A DNA stretch of 44,251 nucleotides from Octopus bimaculoides (taxonomy: Eukaryota), in NCBI RefSeq assembly GCF_001194135.2, contig NC_068983.1, positions 55,032,886-55,077,136 on the forward strand. The letters run 5' to 3'. The stretch's first letter is position 1. The number at the start of each line of letters is the position of its first letter. The notes under the pieces are model-generated. The model was given only the letters and a program-made list of their open reading frames with translations, had not been told where the DNA came from and searched no databases. This document shows, piece by piece, positions 11,489 to 23,362 of the stretch. Made by a program: the position numbers and the translations under genes.

Positions 11489-11724
11489 CAGTGGTTCTCA
11501 ACTGGGGCTCATATGACCTTTAGGGGTCCATATATGATATATGGTTAAAATTCATGTGAAATATTTTGTTTATACTTCTGCAGTTCCTTATAATATTTAA
11601 TTATAAAAGTATAATAGAATTTTTTAAGCACCAAATGGCTATGAGGTTCAACCTGTGTAAACTAGGAATCAAAGGGTTTCATAGATAAAGGGGTCCATAG
11701 AGAAAAATGGGTTAATAATCAGTT
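11489..11724. mobile_element. hAT/Charlie-like MITE, degenerate
   Basis: CAGTGGTTCTCAAC left end, degenerate right end, GGACCCC/GGGGTCC internal motifs as in 16562-16861. Confidence 0.5.
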
Positions 11725-11779
11725 GTCTGAATGATGCTTTTATGAAGTTCATAAGTCATTCGATGCTTGATCCCAGAGC

Positions 11780-11996
11780 CATACAACCCCCTACCCATTA
11801 CCCTGCAAAAATCAAGTTCCTGGTGTATGGGTCTTCAGTACAGCAAGGTGCCAGACATCTTGGTCCTTTGTCATCTTGCCTGATAAATTCAGCATCCTGA
11901 GGTCGTTCTTCACTACTTCATCCTATGTCTTTGTGGGTCTCCACTTCCACATGTTCCATCTGGAAGTGGAGACCCAAGAAGACATGGGATGAAGTA
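11780..11996 (-). mobile_element. RTE LINE ORF C-terminal relic with a fold-back at its 5' junction
   Basis: Minus strand reads ...DEVVKNDLRMLNLSGKMTKDQDVWHLAV; the inverted copy at 11961-11996 encodes RPKKTWDEV. Confidence 0.7.
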
Positions 11997-12021
11997 CTGT
12001 TTACCCCACCACACACACAGA

Positions 12022-12170
12022 GTTGTGGCTGTGTGGGTTAGAAGTTTGCTTCCCAACCATGTGGTCTTGGGGTTCAATCCTACTGAGCAACACTCTAAGC
12101 AAGTGTCTTCTACTGTAACCCAGGCTGACCAAAGCCTTGTGTGTATTTGCATAACATATACACTCACACA
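12022..12170 (+). mobile_element. SINE family A head
   Basis: Aligns with 954-1100. Confidence 0.7.
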
Positions 12171-13084
12171 CAAACTCAGTGGCCTTTGTACAGTTCCTAC
12201 CGACATAATTCACTCTTGAGTTATTGTTTGACCCAGGTCTATAGTGTATAACACTCATTAATGTTGATATATATATGAATACACACACACACATTCACAT
12301 ATATTTGTATGTTTGTTTGTAATAATTTCATACCGAGAATATTATATTTTGATTGATACCAAATTAATTTGCATTCAAACTTAATGGACTTAATTATTTT
12401 CCCCTGTAGCATTAACACATTAATATTCTCTATACAATTAATATGATACGAAGCTGTCACATGAAACTCATTTTATATCATACCTCCATCGTCCCTCCCC
12501 TTGTTGCTTCTAATTAATGGGTGTATTTGTATAGACACCCACACAAAAAGGCAACCGGTAACCACTAGCATATTAAATAATGATTTAATGTGGACATTAG
12601 ATAGTTTAATGTGGGCATCTATATATAATTTGTGACTATTTACATTTGCACATGTGTGCATTTAAATTTTACTATAAGCATCAAATTTATCTGATGGAGA
12701 CAAGCCAGTATCTAGCATCTGCATGGTTGTCAATCCAATTAGATTTTCAGGTTCATTAGTGGACTCATTAGTTGACTTTTGTTCAGTTTTTGCTATTCCA
12801 CTTCTCTTCAAAATTTCGGATAATTTTGTTAATATTGAATGTCAGCAGAATGTCACCATTTTACCCAGGCAGTTTCATGTGAAGATGCATAACACAAGCA
12901 TCCACACTGACTTGAACTGAAGACAGTTGCATTTACTATCACCGTTTAGCATCTGTTTTCCATGTTGGCATGGGTTGAATGGTTTGACAGGAGCTGGCCA
13001 GCCAGAGAGCTGCACCAGTAGGGCAACAAAAGAGCACTAATTGAGAAAATGAGGATTAGAAATTGTCCAGCATGATAACAATTC

Positions 13085-13318
13085 TTATTTCTTTATTACC
13101 CACAAAGAGCTAAATACAGAGGGGACAAAACAAGGACAGACAAAGGGATTAAGTTGATTACATCGACCCCAGTGCGTAACTGGTACTTAATTTATTGACC
13201 CTAAAAGGATGAAAGGCAAAGTCGACCTTGGCAGAATTTGAACTCAGAACGTAATGGCAGACGAAATACCACTAAGCATTTCACCCAGTGTGCTAACGTT
13301 TCTGCCAGCTCACCACCT
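13085..13318 (-). mobile_element. SINE family C (tRNA head, Deu/Nin-like central domain), long-tail variant
   Basis: Reverse complement reads ggtggtgagctggcagaa...gagttcaaattc...tttgcctttcatcctttt..ggtc..taagtacc; the domain name is from recall. Confidence 0.8.
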
Positions 13319-13319
13319 T

Positions 13320-13825
13320 AGTAGTAGTAGTAGTAGTCGTCGTAGTAGAAGAATAGTAGTGGTAGTAGTAGTAGTAGAAGAATAGTAGTGGTAGTAGTAG
13401 TAGTAGAAGAATAGTAGTGGTAGTAGTAGTAGTAGTAGTAGTAGNNNNNNNNNNNNNNNNNNNNNNNNNNNNNNNNNNNNNNNNNNNNNNNNNNNNNNNN
13501 NNNNNNNNNNNNNNNNNNNNNNNNNNNNNNNNNNNNNNNNNNNNNNNNNNNNNNNNNNNNNNNNNNNNNNNNNNNNNNNNNNNNNNNNNNNNNNNNNNNN
13601 NNNNNNNNNNNNNNNNNNNNNNNNNNNNNNNNNNNNNNNNNNNNNNNNNNGTAGTGGTGGTAGCAGCAATAGTAGTAGTAGTAGTAGAAGAATAGTAGTG
13701 GTAGTAGTAGAAGAATAGTAGTGGTAGTAGTAGTAGTAGAATAGTAGTGGTGGTAGCAGCAATAGTAGTAGTAGTAGTAGAAGAATAGTAGTGGTAGTAG
13801 TAGTAGTAGTAGTAGAAGAATAGTA

Positions 13826-13862
<37 letters not shown>

Positions 13863-13945
13863 AATAGTAGTGGTGGTAGCAGCAATAGTAATAGTAGTAG
13901 TAGTGGTGGTGGTAGTAGTAGAATTGTGGTGGTGGTAGTAGTCTT
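13320..13945. repeat. (GTA)n-based minisatellite with GAAGAATAGTAGTG units, containing a gap
   Basis: Seen directly. Confidence 0.95.
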
Positions 13946-14114
13946 ATGGTAATCTTATTGTACACAGAACTCAGGTGCACTACAACGTATTTGTAGATAT
14001 TGAATCCTTCGGCTTGATGACATTTGCTTTTTGTTTGTTTTGGTTTTATTGATCACTAGAAACTCTAAATCAATTAATTTATCAATTTAAAAAATTTTTT
14101 CTTATCATCTTCAG

Positions 14115-14215
14115 GGAAATGACATCCTTAGCAATATAAGTCAAGATGAATATCGAAATATCGTCCGAGTTCTTGAAGGTTCCATTTTAGCCACAGACCT
14201 GGCTTTATATTTCCG
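14115..14215 (+). CDS. PDE exon: GNDILSNISQDEYRNIVRVLEGSILATDLALYF(R)
   Basis: cttcAG acceptor and GTaaaa donor; 101 nt, phase 0 to 2; in frame with the previous exon; contains the ILATDLALY motif. Confidence 0.96.
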
Positions 14216-14394
14216 GTAAAAAAAAAAATAATTTTATTTTTCTATCTTTTATTTTCTTTTTCTTTTTTTCTCAGATCATCCAGAAATACATGAAATTAAC
14301 CATGCTGTAGCATTTCTGATACCAACATGTCTGAGACTGATCCAGGTTCTATGCCACAAGCTCCCTGTTTTAAAGTAATCTAAATACATTGGTG

Positions 14395-14523
14395 CAGGCA
14401 TGATTGTATGGTAAGAAGCTTGCTTCCTAACCACATGGTTCCAGGTTCAATCCCACTGCATGGTACCTTGAACAAATGTATTCTTGTATAGTCCTTTTTT
14501 CAGTTTGTCTCCCAAATCTATTC
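14395..14523 (+). mobile_element. SINE family A head running into a gap
   Basis: Aligns with 954-1060. Confidence 0.7.
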
Positions 14524-15215
14524 NNNNNNNNNNNNNNNNNNNNNNNNNNNNNNNNNNNNNNNNNNNNNNNNNNNNNNNNNNNNNNNNNNNNNNNNNNNNN
14601 NNNNNNNNNNNNNNNNNNNNNNNNNNNNNNNNNNNNNNNNNNNNNNNNNNNNNNNNNNNNNNNNNNNNNNNNNNNNNNNNNNNNNNNNNNNNNNNNNNNN
14701 NNNNNNNNNNNNNNNNNNNNNNNNNNNNNNNNNNNNNNNNNNNNNNNNNNNNNNNNNNNNNNNNNNNNNNNNNNNNNNNNNNNNNNNNNNNNNNNNNNNN
14801 NNNNNNNNNNNNNNNNNNNNNNNNNNNNNNNNNNNNNNNNNNNNNNNNNNNNNNNNNNNNNNNNNNNNNNNNNNNNNNNNNNNNNNNNNNNNNNNNNNNN
14901 NNNNNNNNNNNNNNNNNNNNNNNNNNNNNNNNNNNNNNNNNNNNNNNNNNNNNNNNNNNNNNNNNNNNNNNNNNNNNNNNNNNNNNNNNNNNNNNNNNNN
15001 NNNNNNNNNNNNNNNNNNNNNNNNNNNNNNNNNNNNNNNNNNNNNNNNNNNNNNNNNNNNNNNNNNNNNNNNNNNNNNNNNNNNNNNNNNNNNNNNNNNN
15101 NNNNNNNNNNNNNNNNNNNNNNNNNNNNNNNNNNNNNNNNNNNNNNNNNNNNNNNNNNNNNNNNNNNNNNNNNNNNNNNNNNATGTATTAGTATAACGCT
15201 TGGGAATTGAAAAAG

Positions 15216-15253
15216 TCTTTAACGTTTCGAGCCTATGCTCTTCCACAGAAAGA
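15216..15253 (-). ncRNA. Minimal hammerhead motif, A6U core variant
   Basis: UCUUU-CUGUGGA-A-GAGC(AUAG)GCUC-GAAAC-GUU/AAAGA; perfect 5-bp stem I, 4-bp stem II, palindromic ACGU stem III. Confidence 0.65.
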
Positions 15254-15376
15254 AACAAGGAGAGAAAAAAATGTGTATGGTGGTTAGCGATCTATCATGG
15301 CGAATATATATATATATATATATATATATGCTTTTAGGCTTTCACTTCATACACACCAGCTCAATTTGATTCGTTC

Positions 15377-15430
15377 TCATGTCGCCCCCTCAAAATAAGG
15401 GTAGAAGAACATCGCAAAGCTGTGACACGA
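15377..15430 (+). pseudogene. Penelope-like GIY-YIG endonuclease fragment SCRPLKIRVEEHRKAVTR
   Basis: Resembles the GxTxRxLxxRxxEHxxxV segment of PLE GIY-YIG domains; about 125 nt from a hammerhead motif; only 18 codons and the preceding YIG is absent. Confidence 0.55.
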
Positions 15431-15509
15431 GAAGTCTTAGAGGACAATTACATGTTTATTTTATCTAATGTAATATTGTTATCAACTTCTGGAGATTATT
15501 GACACAGGT

Positions 15510-15745
15510 CCTGGGGCTGATAGGGCAAGTTAACTAGTTTCTTTGGTGTATAAGAAACTGAGATCACAACATTCCCCATGAACAGAATGCCAATGTGTCA
15601 CAGAATTTACCTGTTTACGGCTGAGTGGACTGGAACAATGGGAAATGAAGTGCTTTGTTCACAAACTCAATACACTGTCAAGTCTGGAAATCGAAGCTAC
15701 AATCTTATAATCACAAGTACAACCCTTTAACCAGTAGGTCACATG
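15510..15745 (-). mobile_element. SINE family B (tRNA head and CORE-like segment), old copy
   Basis: Reverse complement similar to 23828-24060. Confidence 0.6.
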
Positions 15746-16027
15746 TCTTCATTTACGTTATAGTTAATTTGGATAATTAATGAGTTGGATGTGGTGCTGA
15801 AAAAAGAGCAATAACTCTTGAAATATGCATGTACACACCACCCATTACCTATTTTTTTGGAGGGGAAACATATTAAATATAAATCCTTGTACTATTCTAA
15901 TGTAGAAACAGTTGAACCATCACATAAAGTGATGTCAAAATATTTTTCAAATGAAATTTTTTAATTTTTTTTTTATCTGCTTTATTTAATTTCTAGTGAT
16001 AATTTTGTTGATTCTCTTTGAACCTAG

Positions 16028-16108
16028 GAACCGAACGGAGTTCTTTAATCTGGTAAACGAAGAAGAAAACTGTGATTGGACAAATGAAGAATCAAGAGAA
16101 CTCCTACA
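16028..16108 (+). CDS. PDE exon: (R)NRTEFFNLVNEEENCDWTNEESRELL(Q)
   Basis: cctAG acceptor and GTaagt donor; 81 nt, phase 2 to 2; resembles RRTEFFELV...W of PDE11. Confidence 0.93.
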
Positions 16109-16249
16109 GTAAGTAAATAAAAATATCGATTTGATGTATTATGTATCAGAAAATCTCTTATTCAAAGAGAAGAGTGACAAAAAGAATTAAATCTCATAGA
16201 TGGTTAGATGAAATGCCATATTTGATGGTATATAATATGCAGGTTCATC

Positions 16250-16410
16250 GTCATCACCATCATCATTGTTTAACATCTGCTTTCCATGCTAGCAGGGGTT
16301 GGACAATTTGACTGAGGACTGGTGAACCAGATGGCTACACCAGGCTCCAATCTGATTTGGCAGAGTTATGCCACCAGCACGAAGGCCAGTCTGGCAGTAC
16401 TGGCAACGCA
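16250..16410 (-). mobile_element. RTE 3' end copy, internally deleted
   Basis: (CAT)n followed by the reverse complement of the RTE tail. Confidence 0.8.
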
Positions 16411-16561
16411 AAAAATATTCTGAAGTCACCTCAGGCCTTATATACAAAGTTGGGTTTTAATGCATTAAAAAAATTTTGTTCATGAATATTCTCTACTGAA
16501 ATTGAGGTGCATCTAATATACCTGTTCGCTTTTTATGCCATTAAACAAGGTAAAGCTTAAG

Positions 16562-16861
16562 CAGTGGTTCTCAACTGTTTCCTTATCTATAGACCCCTTT
16601 GTTTAGCATTTTATTCTGGTGGACCCCCATAGCCATTCAACGTTTAAAAACTAATTTTATACATACTTTTTTCAAAATTCCTATTTTGTCATTCACTCAT
16701 TCACTTGTATAGGTTGAATTGTGTAAAACATTAAAGAAAGAAATGTAGATATTTCTTGCAATACATGCATCTAAATGAAAACTTTTTATGGACCCTTAAA
16801 ATACTTCTATGGATCTCTAATTTACTACTTTGCTAGCATGGACCCCAGTTAAGAACCAGTG
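16562..16861. mobile_element. hAT/Charlie-like MITE
   Basis: TIRs CAGTGGTTCTCAACTG and CAGTTAAGAACCAGTG (2 mismatches); 8-bp TSD not clearly preserved. Confidence 0.6.
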
Positions 16862-17029
16862 ATTTAAAATATAGTTTGATACTTATCACACATCATAAGC
16901 CAAAAGTAGACCTGTGAAGTGGGACAAGCAGAGTTATGTGCCTTGCTAGTGAGCAAATATTATAGTAAAATTAGCAGTTGTGACTCTGGTACTAAATAAT
17001 TCAACATCTTTATCTGATTGTCATTTATT

Positions 17030-17480
17030 CATCATCATCATTATCACCGTATAACATCTGCTTTCCATGCTAGCATGGGTTGGACGATTTGACTGAGGAC
17101 TGGTGAACCAGATGGCTACACCAGGCTCCAATCTGATCTTGCAGAGTTTCTACAGCTGGATGCCCTTCCTCATGCCAACCACTCTGAGAGTGTAGTGGGT
17201 GCTTTTACGTGCCAGTGGCACGAAGGCCAGTTATGCGGTATTGGCAATGGCCATGCACAAAATGGTGTATTTTACGTGCCACCTGTACAGGTGCCAGTTC
17301 GGCGGCACTGGCAACGATCTCGCTCGAATGCCTTTACACGTGCCACCGGCACAAGTGCCAGGAAGGTGACGCTGGGCACAGGTGCCATCACGATTTCGCT
17401 TTCGCTTGTCCCAACAGGTCTTCGCAAGCCGAGTTTAGTGTCCAATGAAGGAGACAACATTGGCATGGGTGCCAGTCGTC
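17030..17480 (-). mobile_element. RTE 3' UTR copy with about 3 internal repeat units
   Basis: Reverse complement of the RTE tail plus GTGCC..GGCAC units. Confidence 0.85.
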
Positions 17481-17649
17481 GAATTCTAAAATCATGCTCT
17501 CTGACATAGTTGCATTCCCTGCTCCAAATTAGGAATCAAAACCTATAATTATGAAGCAAATAGAATATAGGTGTCTGCTTACATGACTTCTTGTTCTTTT
17601 TTCATCTTTACATCATGTAATGGAACACTACTTCTTCATTTAATAAGAG

Positions 17650-17885
17650 GACAAAGATCCTTCCTGAGACACATAGACTCATGGGGCTGGTTTCCTAGTT
17701 TCTGTGGCGCATATATTTCCCCACTGGACAGGACACTGGTTCATCACAGGATTCTCATTTTTACCTACTGAGTGAACTGGAGTAATATGAAATAAAGTGT
17801 CTTGCTCAAGGACACAACACATCACCTGGTCCAGGAATTGAAACCAGAATCTTACTATCACAAGTCTAATACCCTAACTTCTAGG
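17650..17885 (-). mobile_element. SINE family B
   Basis: Reverse complement contains gtgttgtgtccttgagcaagacactttatttca. Confidence 0.75.
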
Positions 17886-19069
17886 CATGGGTCAGACAGT
17901 TTGACAGGAGCTGGCAAGCCAGAGGGCTGAACTAAGCTCCAGTTGTCTGTTTTGGCCTGGTTTCTATGGCTGGATACCCTTCCTGTCACCAACCCTTCTT
18001 GTTTCTAATCAAGACAATATTTCCCTATGGTCAGACATGTTTTCACAGAATGTGGAAAATGAACGACACTGCTTGTATGATAGTGGCACTCGTTTACAAT
18101 TACTGTGCCCTGTCAAAACAAGGAGACACAAACCTGCAAACACCCATAAATGCATGCATACATAAACACACAAACATACACACACACTCTTTCNNNNNNN
18201 NNNNNNNNNNNNNNNNNNNNNNNNNNNNNNNNNNNNNNNNNNNNNNNNNNNNNNNNNNNNNNNNNNNNNNNNNNNNNNNNNNNNNNNNNNNNNNNNNNNN
18301 NNNNNNNNNNNNNNNNNNNNNNNNNNNNNNNNNNNNNNNNNNNNNNNNNNNNNNNNNNNNNNNNNNNNNNNNNNNNNNNNNNNNNNNNNNNNNNNNNNNN
18401 NNNNNNNNNNNNNNNNNNNNNNNNNNNNNNNNNNNNNNNNNNNNNNNNNNNNNNNNNNNNNNNNNNNNNNNNNNNNNNNNNNNNNNNNNNNNNNNNNNNN
18501 NNNNNNNNNNNNNNNNNNNNNNNNNNNNNNNNNNNNNNNNNNNNNNNNNNNNNNNNNNNNNNNNNNNNNNNNNNNNNNNNNNNNNNNNNNNNNNNNNNNN
18601 NNNNNNNNNNNNNNNNNNNNNNNNNNNNNNNNNNNNNNNNNNNNNNNNNNNNNNNNNNNNNNNNNNNNNNNNNNNNNNNNNNNNNNNNNNNNNNNNNNNN
18701 NNNNNNNNNNNNNNNNNNNNNNNNNNNNNNNNNNNNNNNNNNNNNNNNNNNNNNNNNNNNNNNNNNNNNNNNNNNNNNNNNNNNNNNNNNNNNNNNNNNN
18801 NNNNNNNNNNNNNNNNNNNNNNNNNNNNNNNNNNNNNNNNNNNNNNNNNNNNNNNNNNNNNNNNNNNNNNNNNNNNNNNNNNNNNNNNNNNNNNNNNNNN
18901 NNNNNNNNNNNNNNNNNNNNNNNNNNNNNNNNNNNNNNNNNNNNNNNNNNNNNNNNNNNNNNNNNNNNNNNNNNNNNNNNNNNNNNNNNNNNNNNNNNNN
19001 NNNNNNNNNNNNNNNNNNNNNNNNNNNNNNNNNNNNNNNNNNNNNNNNNNNNNNNNNNNNNNNNNNNNN

Positions 19070-19070
<1 letters not shown>

Positions 19071-19102
<32 letters not shown>

Positions 19103-19315
19103 ATATGTTTATGTGTCTGTGTTTGTCTCCCGCAACATCACTTGACAACTGATGCTGGTGTATTTACATCCCCATAACTTAGCAGTTCGGCAAAAGAGAC
19201 CGATAGAATAAGTGCTAGCCTTGCAAAGAATAAGTCCTGGGGTTGATTTGCTCGACTAAAGGTGGTGCTCCAGCATGGTCACAGTCAAATGACTGAAATA
19301 AGTAAAAGGGTATAA
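19071..19315 (+). mobile_element. SINE family A, 3' module
   Basis: Follows (TA)n at the gap edge. Confidence 0.85.
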
Positions 19316-19322
19316 AATAGGC

Positions 19323-19470
19323 TTCTTTCAGTTTCTGTCTAACAAATCCACTCACATGGATTTTGATCAGCCTGGGGCTGTAGTAGAAGACATTTGCCCA
19401 AGTTGCCATGCAGTGGGACTGAACCTGAAACCACGTGGTTAGGAAGCAAACTTCTTAACAACACTGCCAT
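19323..19470 (-). mobile_element. SINE family A, head half
   Basis: Reverse complement of the A head. Confidence 0.8.
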
Positions 19471-20066
19471 GCCTATGCTTACATCATGATAAACACGATA
19501 TGTTGCAGGTGGCATGTCGCTGAAAAATCTCTGCCCTAATTTCAGTTTTAGTAAGAAGTCTTAAAAAACAGATAAATTTCTGCCTGTCACCATGACAACA
19601 GAACTTATATCAGTCTGAATGTCATGCCCTTCCTTTCCTTGTTACTATGGCAACTGCTGATGTCAGTTTGATTTTTACTTGCTTTTGTTTCTTTGTTTTT
19701 GTTTTTTTAATTGAATCTGTTTCAAAGAATTATGTTATCATTTCCATAGAATATTATGAAAGGTTTTTAAAAAAAAAAAAACTTAAGTTCATTCCATTGA
19801 TCTCGATACTAACTCACTTCCATCTACTGCAGCATCTTTTCTGGCTCCTCTTTACAATCTGAGTTCAAATCCTGCCAAGGTCAACATTACCTTTCATTAT
19901 TTCAGTGTCTATAAAATAAAATACCAGTCATGTACTGAGGACAGTGTAATTGACTAATCTACTCTCCTTGGAACTGCTGTGTATCAAAATTTGAAAATTC
20001 TGATTATTGTTGCTATTGTTATTATTCTTATTATCATTACCATTATTATTATTATTATTATTATTA

Positions 20067-20110
<44 letters not shown>

Positions 20111-20112
20111 CA

Positions 20113-20325
20113 AGGTGGCAAACTGGCAGAATCGTTAGCACATTGGACGAAAGTGGTATTTCACCTGTCACTACATTCTGAGTTCAAATTCCACTGAGGT
20201 CAACTTTGCCTTTCATCTTTTCGGGGTCGATTAAGTGCTAGTTACATACTGGGGTCGATGTAATCAACTAGCCCCTCCCCCAAAATTCCAGGCCTTGTGC
20301 CTATAGTAGAAACGATTATTATTAT
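20113..20325 (+). mobile_element. SINE family C after a long (ATT)n
   Basis: Same head and domain; ends ccttgtgcctatagtagaaacgattattatt. Confidence 0.85.
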
Positions 20326-20339
20326 TTTGAAACAAATTC

Positions 20340-20780
20340 GATGACTGGCACCTGTGCCAGTGGAGCGCTAGCAGCACCATCCAAGCGTGATCATTGCCAG
20401 AGCAGATGTTTGGCTTCCATGCCAGTGGCACGTAAATAGCACCATTTGAGCGTAATCGTTACCAGCATCGCCTTACTGGCATCTGTGCCGATGGCACGTT
20501 GGAAAAAGCATTTGAGCGAGGTTGTTGCCGGTGCCGCTGGACTGGCTCCTGTGCAGGTGGTACGTAAAAAACACCATTTGAGCATGGTCGTTGCCAGTAC
20601 CGCCTGACTGGCTCTCGTGTCGGTGGCATGTAAAAGCACCCACTGCACTCTCGGAGTGGTTGGCGTTAAGAAGGGCATCCAGCTGTAGAAACTCTGCCAG
20701 ATCTGATTGGAGCCTGATGCAGCCATTCAGTTCGCCAGTCGTCAGTCAAATTGTCAAACCCATGCTAGCATGGAAAGCGG
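20340..20780 (+). mobile_element. RTE 3' UTR copy with 5 internal units of about 66 nt
   Basis: Units near 20353, 20419, 20484, 20550 and 20617, followed by the RTE tail. Confidence 0.85.
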
Positions 20781-20955
20781 ACCAATTCCTAGACCTGGTG
20801 GTGCGTTGTGTTCTTGAGCAAAACACTTTATCTCGTGTTGTTCTGCAGTCACTTCGACACCTGATTTGTGGCACCCTTGTGCCCCTGTTCAGGCAAAGTC
20901 AATTTGATGGAGGAAGTGAGCTAATGAGGGGCATGAACATTTGATCCAATGGAAA

Positions 20956-20989
<34 letters not shown>

Positions 20990-21011
20990 TTTGCTTATTT
21001 TTCTTTTCCAG

Positions 21012-21075
21012 AGCTATGATGATGACTGCCTGTGATGTCTCAGCAATAACAAAACCATGGGAAATACAACAAGAG
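21012..21075 (+). CDS. PDE exon: (Q)[21 protein letters not shown]
   Basis: Pyrimidine tract with ttccAG acceptor and GTgaat donor; 64 nt; metal-binding Asp in TACD and the TKPW motif. Confidence 0.96.
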
Positions 21076-21804
21076 GTGAATTTTTTATTTCAATAGATTT
21101 AATAATGCAATCGCAAAGATCGGTTATCTAGTTTTTTTTTTTAAATGGTGTAGAACGGTTAGGATTGAAATGCTTTGGTGCCACCAAAATTTGGCGTTGC
21201 TGATTCTGCACTGTCTTATTTGACATTACTCATGTTTTTCGTTCTCTCTCTCTTCCTCTCTTTCTCTCCCCTCCTCTCTTCCTTTCTCTCCCTCCCACTC
21301 TATCTCTTATCTCTGCTCCCTCTTCCATACCGCCCCTCTCTTCCCTCTCCTCCTTGTGTATGTTTGTGAGCATATTTCTCCCAGTGTATTTGAAGAGAGG
21401 ATAATTGTTTTTGTTTACTGTGTTCAGTTAAATTGTAATGTCTCTTTCTCCTCCTCCTTTTCTCCCCTCCCTGTGTACATATTTCTGTTCACGTAAGCGC
21501 TGCTTGTGTGTGATTATGTGCGTTTCCCTCCAGTGCCCTAAAAGCACTTCTGCCAAAACACACTAAGTCTATCACTCATGACACAGCAGCACTTCAACCA
21601 GTAAATCTGGCTCTTATCTCCTTATTATATTTTCAATGGAAAGTCACTTGAAAATTATCAACAATTTGATGATAATTTCTGGAAAACATCAAGAATTTGG
21701 AGGGTTTTTGTAGAAGGTTTTAATTCAAATATAAATACTTTAAAGCAGGCAGTTTAATATTGTTGAGCTCAAGGCAGTGTCAGGTGAATTCACTGGTATA
21801 ATCA

Positions 21805-22170
21805 TCATCATCATCATTGTCGTTTAACGTCCACTTTCCATGCTAGCATGGGTTGGATGGTTTGACTGAGGGCTGGCGAGCCAGAAGGCTGCACCAGGCT
21901 CCAATCTGATCTGGCAAAGTTTCTACAGCTGGAGGCCCTTCCTAACACCAACCACTCCGAGAGTGCAGTGGGTGCTTTTTATGTGCCACCAGCATGGGAC
22001 CAGTCATGCGGCACTGGCATCAACCACGCTTGATTGGTGCTTTTTATATGCCACCATCATGGGTGCCAATCAGGCGGTACTGTCATCGGCCTTGACAACA
22101 ACTTCACTTGCCTCAACAGGTTTTTGCAAGCGCAGTTTATTGCCCAATGATTGAAGGGTACCCTTAATCT
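21805..22170 (-). mobile_element. RTE 3' UTR copy
   Basis: (CAT)n followed by the reverse complement of the RTE tail; 2 units. Confidence 0.85.
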
Positions 22171-22624
22171 AAATATCTAATTTTCTTGCATTGGGTTGTT
22201 TGACAGGATCTGATGAGTCAAACTACTGTGTCATAAACCATTGTCTACTTTGGGATGTTTTCTATGGGTGGATGTCCTTCTTAATGCCACCTACTTCACA
22301 ATGTGTACTGGGTGCTTTTTTTAACGTTTCCAACTGTGTGCGTGGTATATTCCTTCATATCCAACCGGCAACAATATTTCACTCCTATCTTTATTATCAG
22401 CAAACACCCTGACAACTGTACATCATGTTAATGTCATGTGATGGGCTACAGTAGTAGTTTTCAAATGGGCAAACTTCACCCCAGGAAAATCTTATGTCTT
22501 CCTATCTTCTTTATTAATGCCCCCAGTTTTTTTTTTATTTGATTTATTACCAAAAATCTTTTTTTATACAACTTTGTCTGATACTAAATATATAAAAAAA
22601 TTTTATTACAATATTTAAAAGACA

Positions 22625-22837
22625 TTCCAGTTTTGTATATGTGTGTATGTATGTTTGTCTCCCCATCATCGGTTGACAACTGATGCTGCTGTGTTTATAT
22701 CCCTGAAACTTAGTGGTATGGCAAAAAAGATCAATAGAATAAGTACTAGGCTTACAAGTCCTGGGGTCGATTTCTTTGACTAAAACCTTTTAAGGTGGTG
22801 CTGCAGTCAAATGACTGAAACAAGGAAAAGAATAAAA

Positions 22838-22840
<3 letters not shown>
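22625..22840 (+). mobile_element. SINE family A, 3' module
   Basis: Aligns with 1150-1345. Confidence 0.78.
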
Positions 22841-22883
<43 letters not shown>

Positions 22884-22979
22884 NNNNNNNNNNNNNNNNN
22901 NNNNNNNNNNNNNNNNNNNNNNNNNNNNNNNNNNNNNNNNNNNNNNNNNNNNNNNATACATATATATATATATAATATC

Positions 22980-23134
22980 ATCATCATCATCATCATCATC
23001 GTTTAACGTCCGCTTTCCATGCTAGCATGGGTTGGACGATTTGACTGAGGACTGGTGAAACCGGATGGCAACACCAGGCTCCAATCTAATTTGGCAGAGT
23101 TTCTACAGCTGGATGCCCTTCCTAACGCCAACCA
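22980..23134 (-). mobile_element. RTE tail fused through (TG)n to the 3' half of a SINE
   Basis: RTE tail reverse complement ends at ...aacgccaacca, then tgtgtg. Confidence 0.8.
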
Positions 23135-23362
23135 TGTGTGTGTGTATGTGTATGTATATGTTTGTGTCTGTGTTTGTCCCTCCCAACTTCGCTTGACAAC
23201 TGATGCTGGTGTGTTTACGTCCCCGTAACTTAGCGGTTCGGCAAAAGAGACTGATAGAATAAGTACTAGGCTTACAAAGAATAAGTCCTGGGGTCGATTT
23301 GCTCGACTAAAGGCGATGCTCCAGCATGGCCACAGTGAAATGACTGAAACAAGTAAAAGAGT
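23135..23362 (+). mobile_element. SINE family A, 3' module
   Basis: Aligns with 1150-1345. Confidence 0.88.

Noticed and set aside
23044-23065. CTGAGGA-ctggt-GAAAC in the RTE tail
   Set aside because: No stem II, and GAAA is not conserved in other copies (16314, 17094, 21865).
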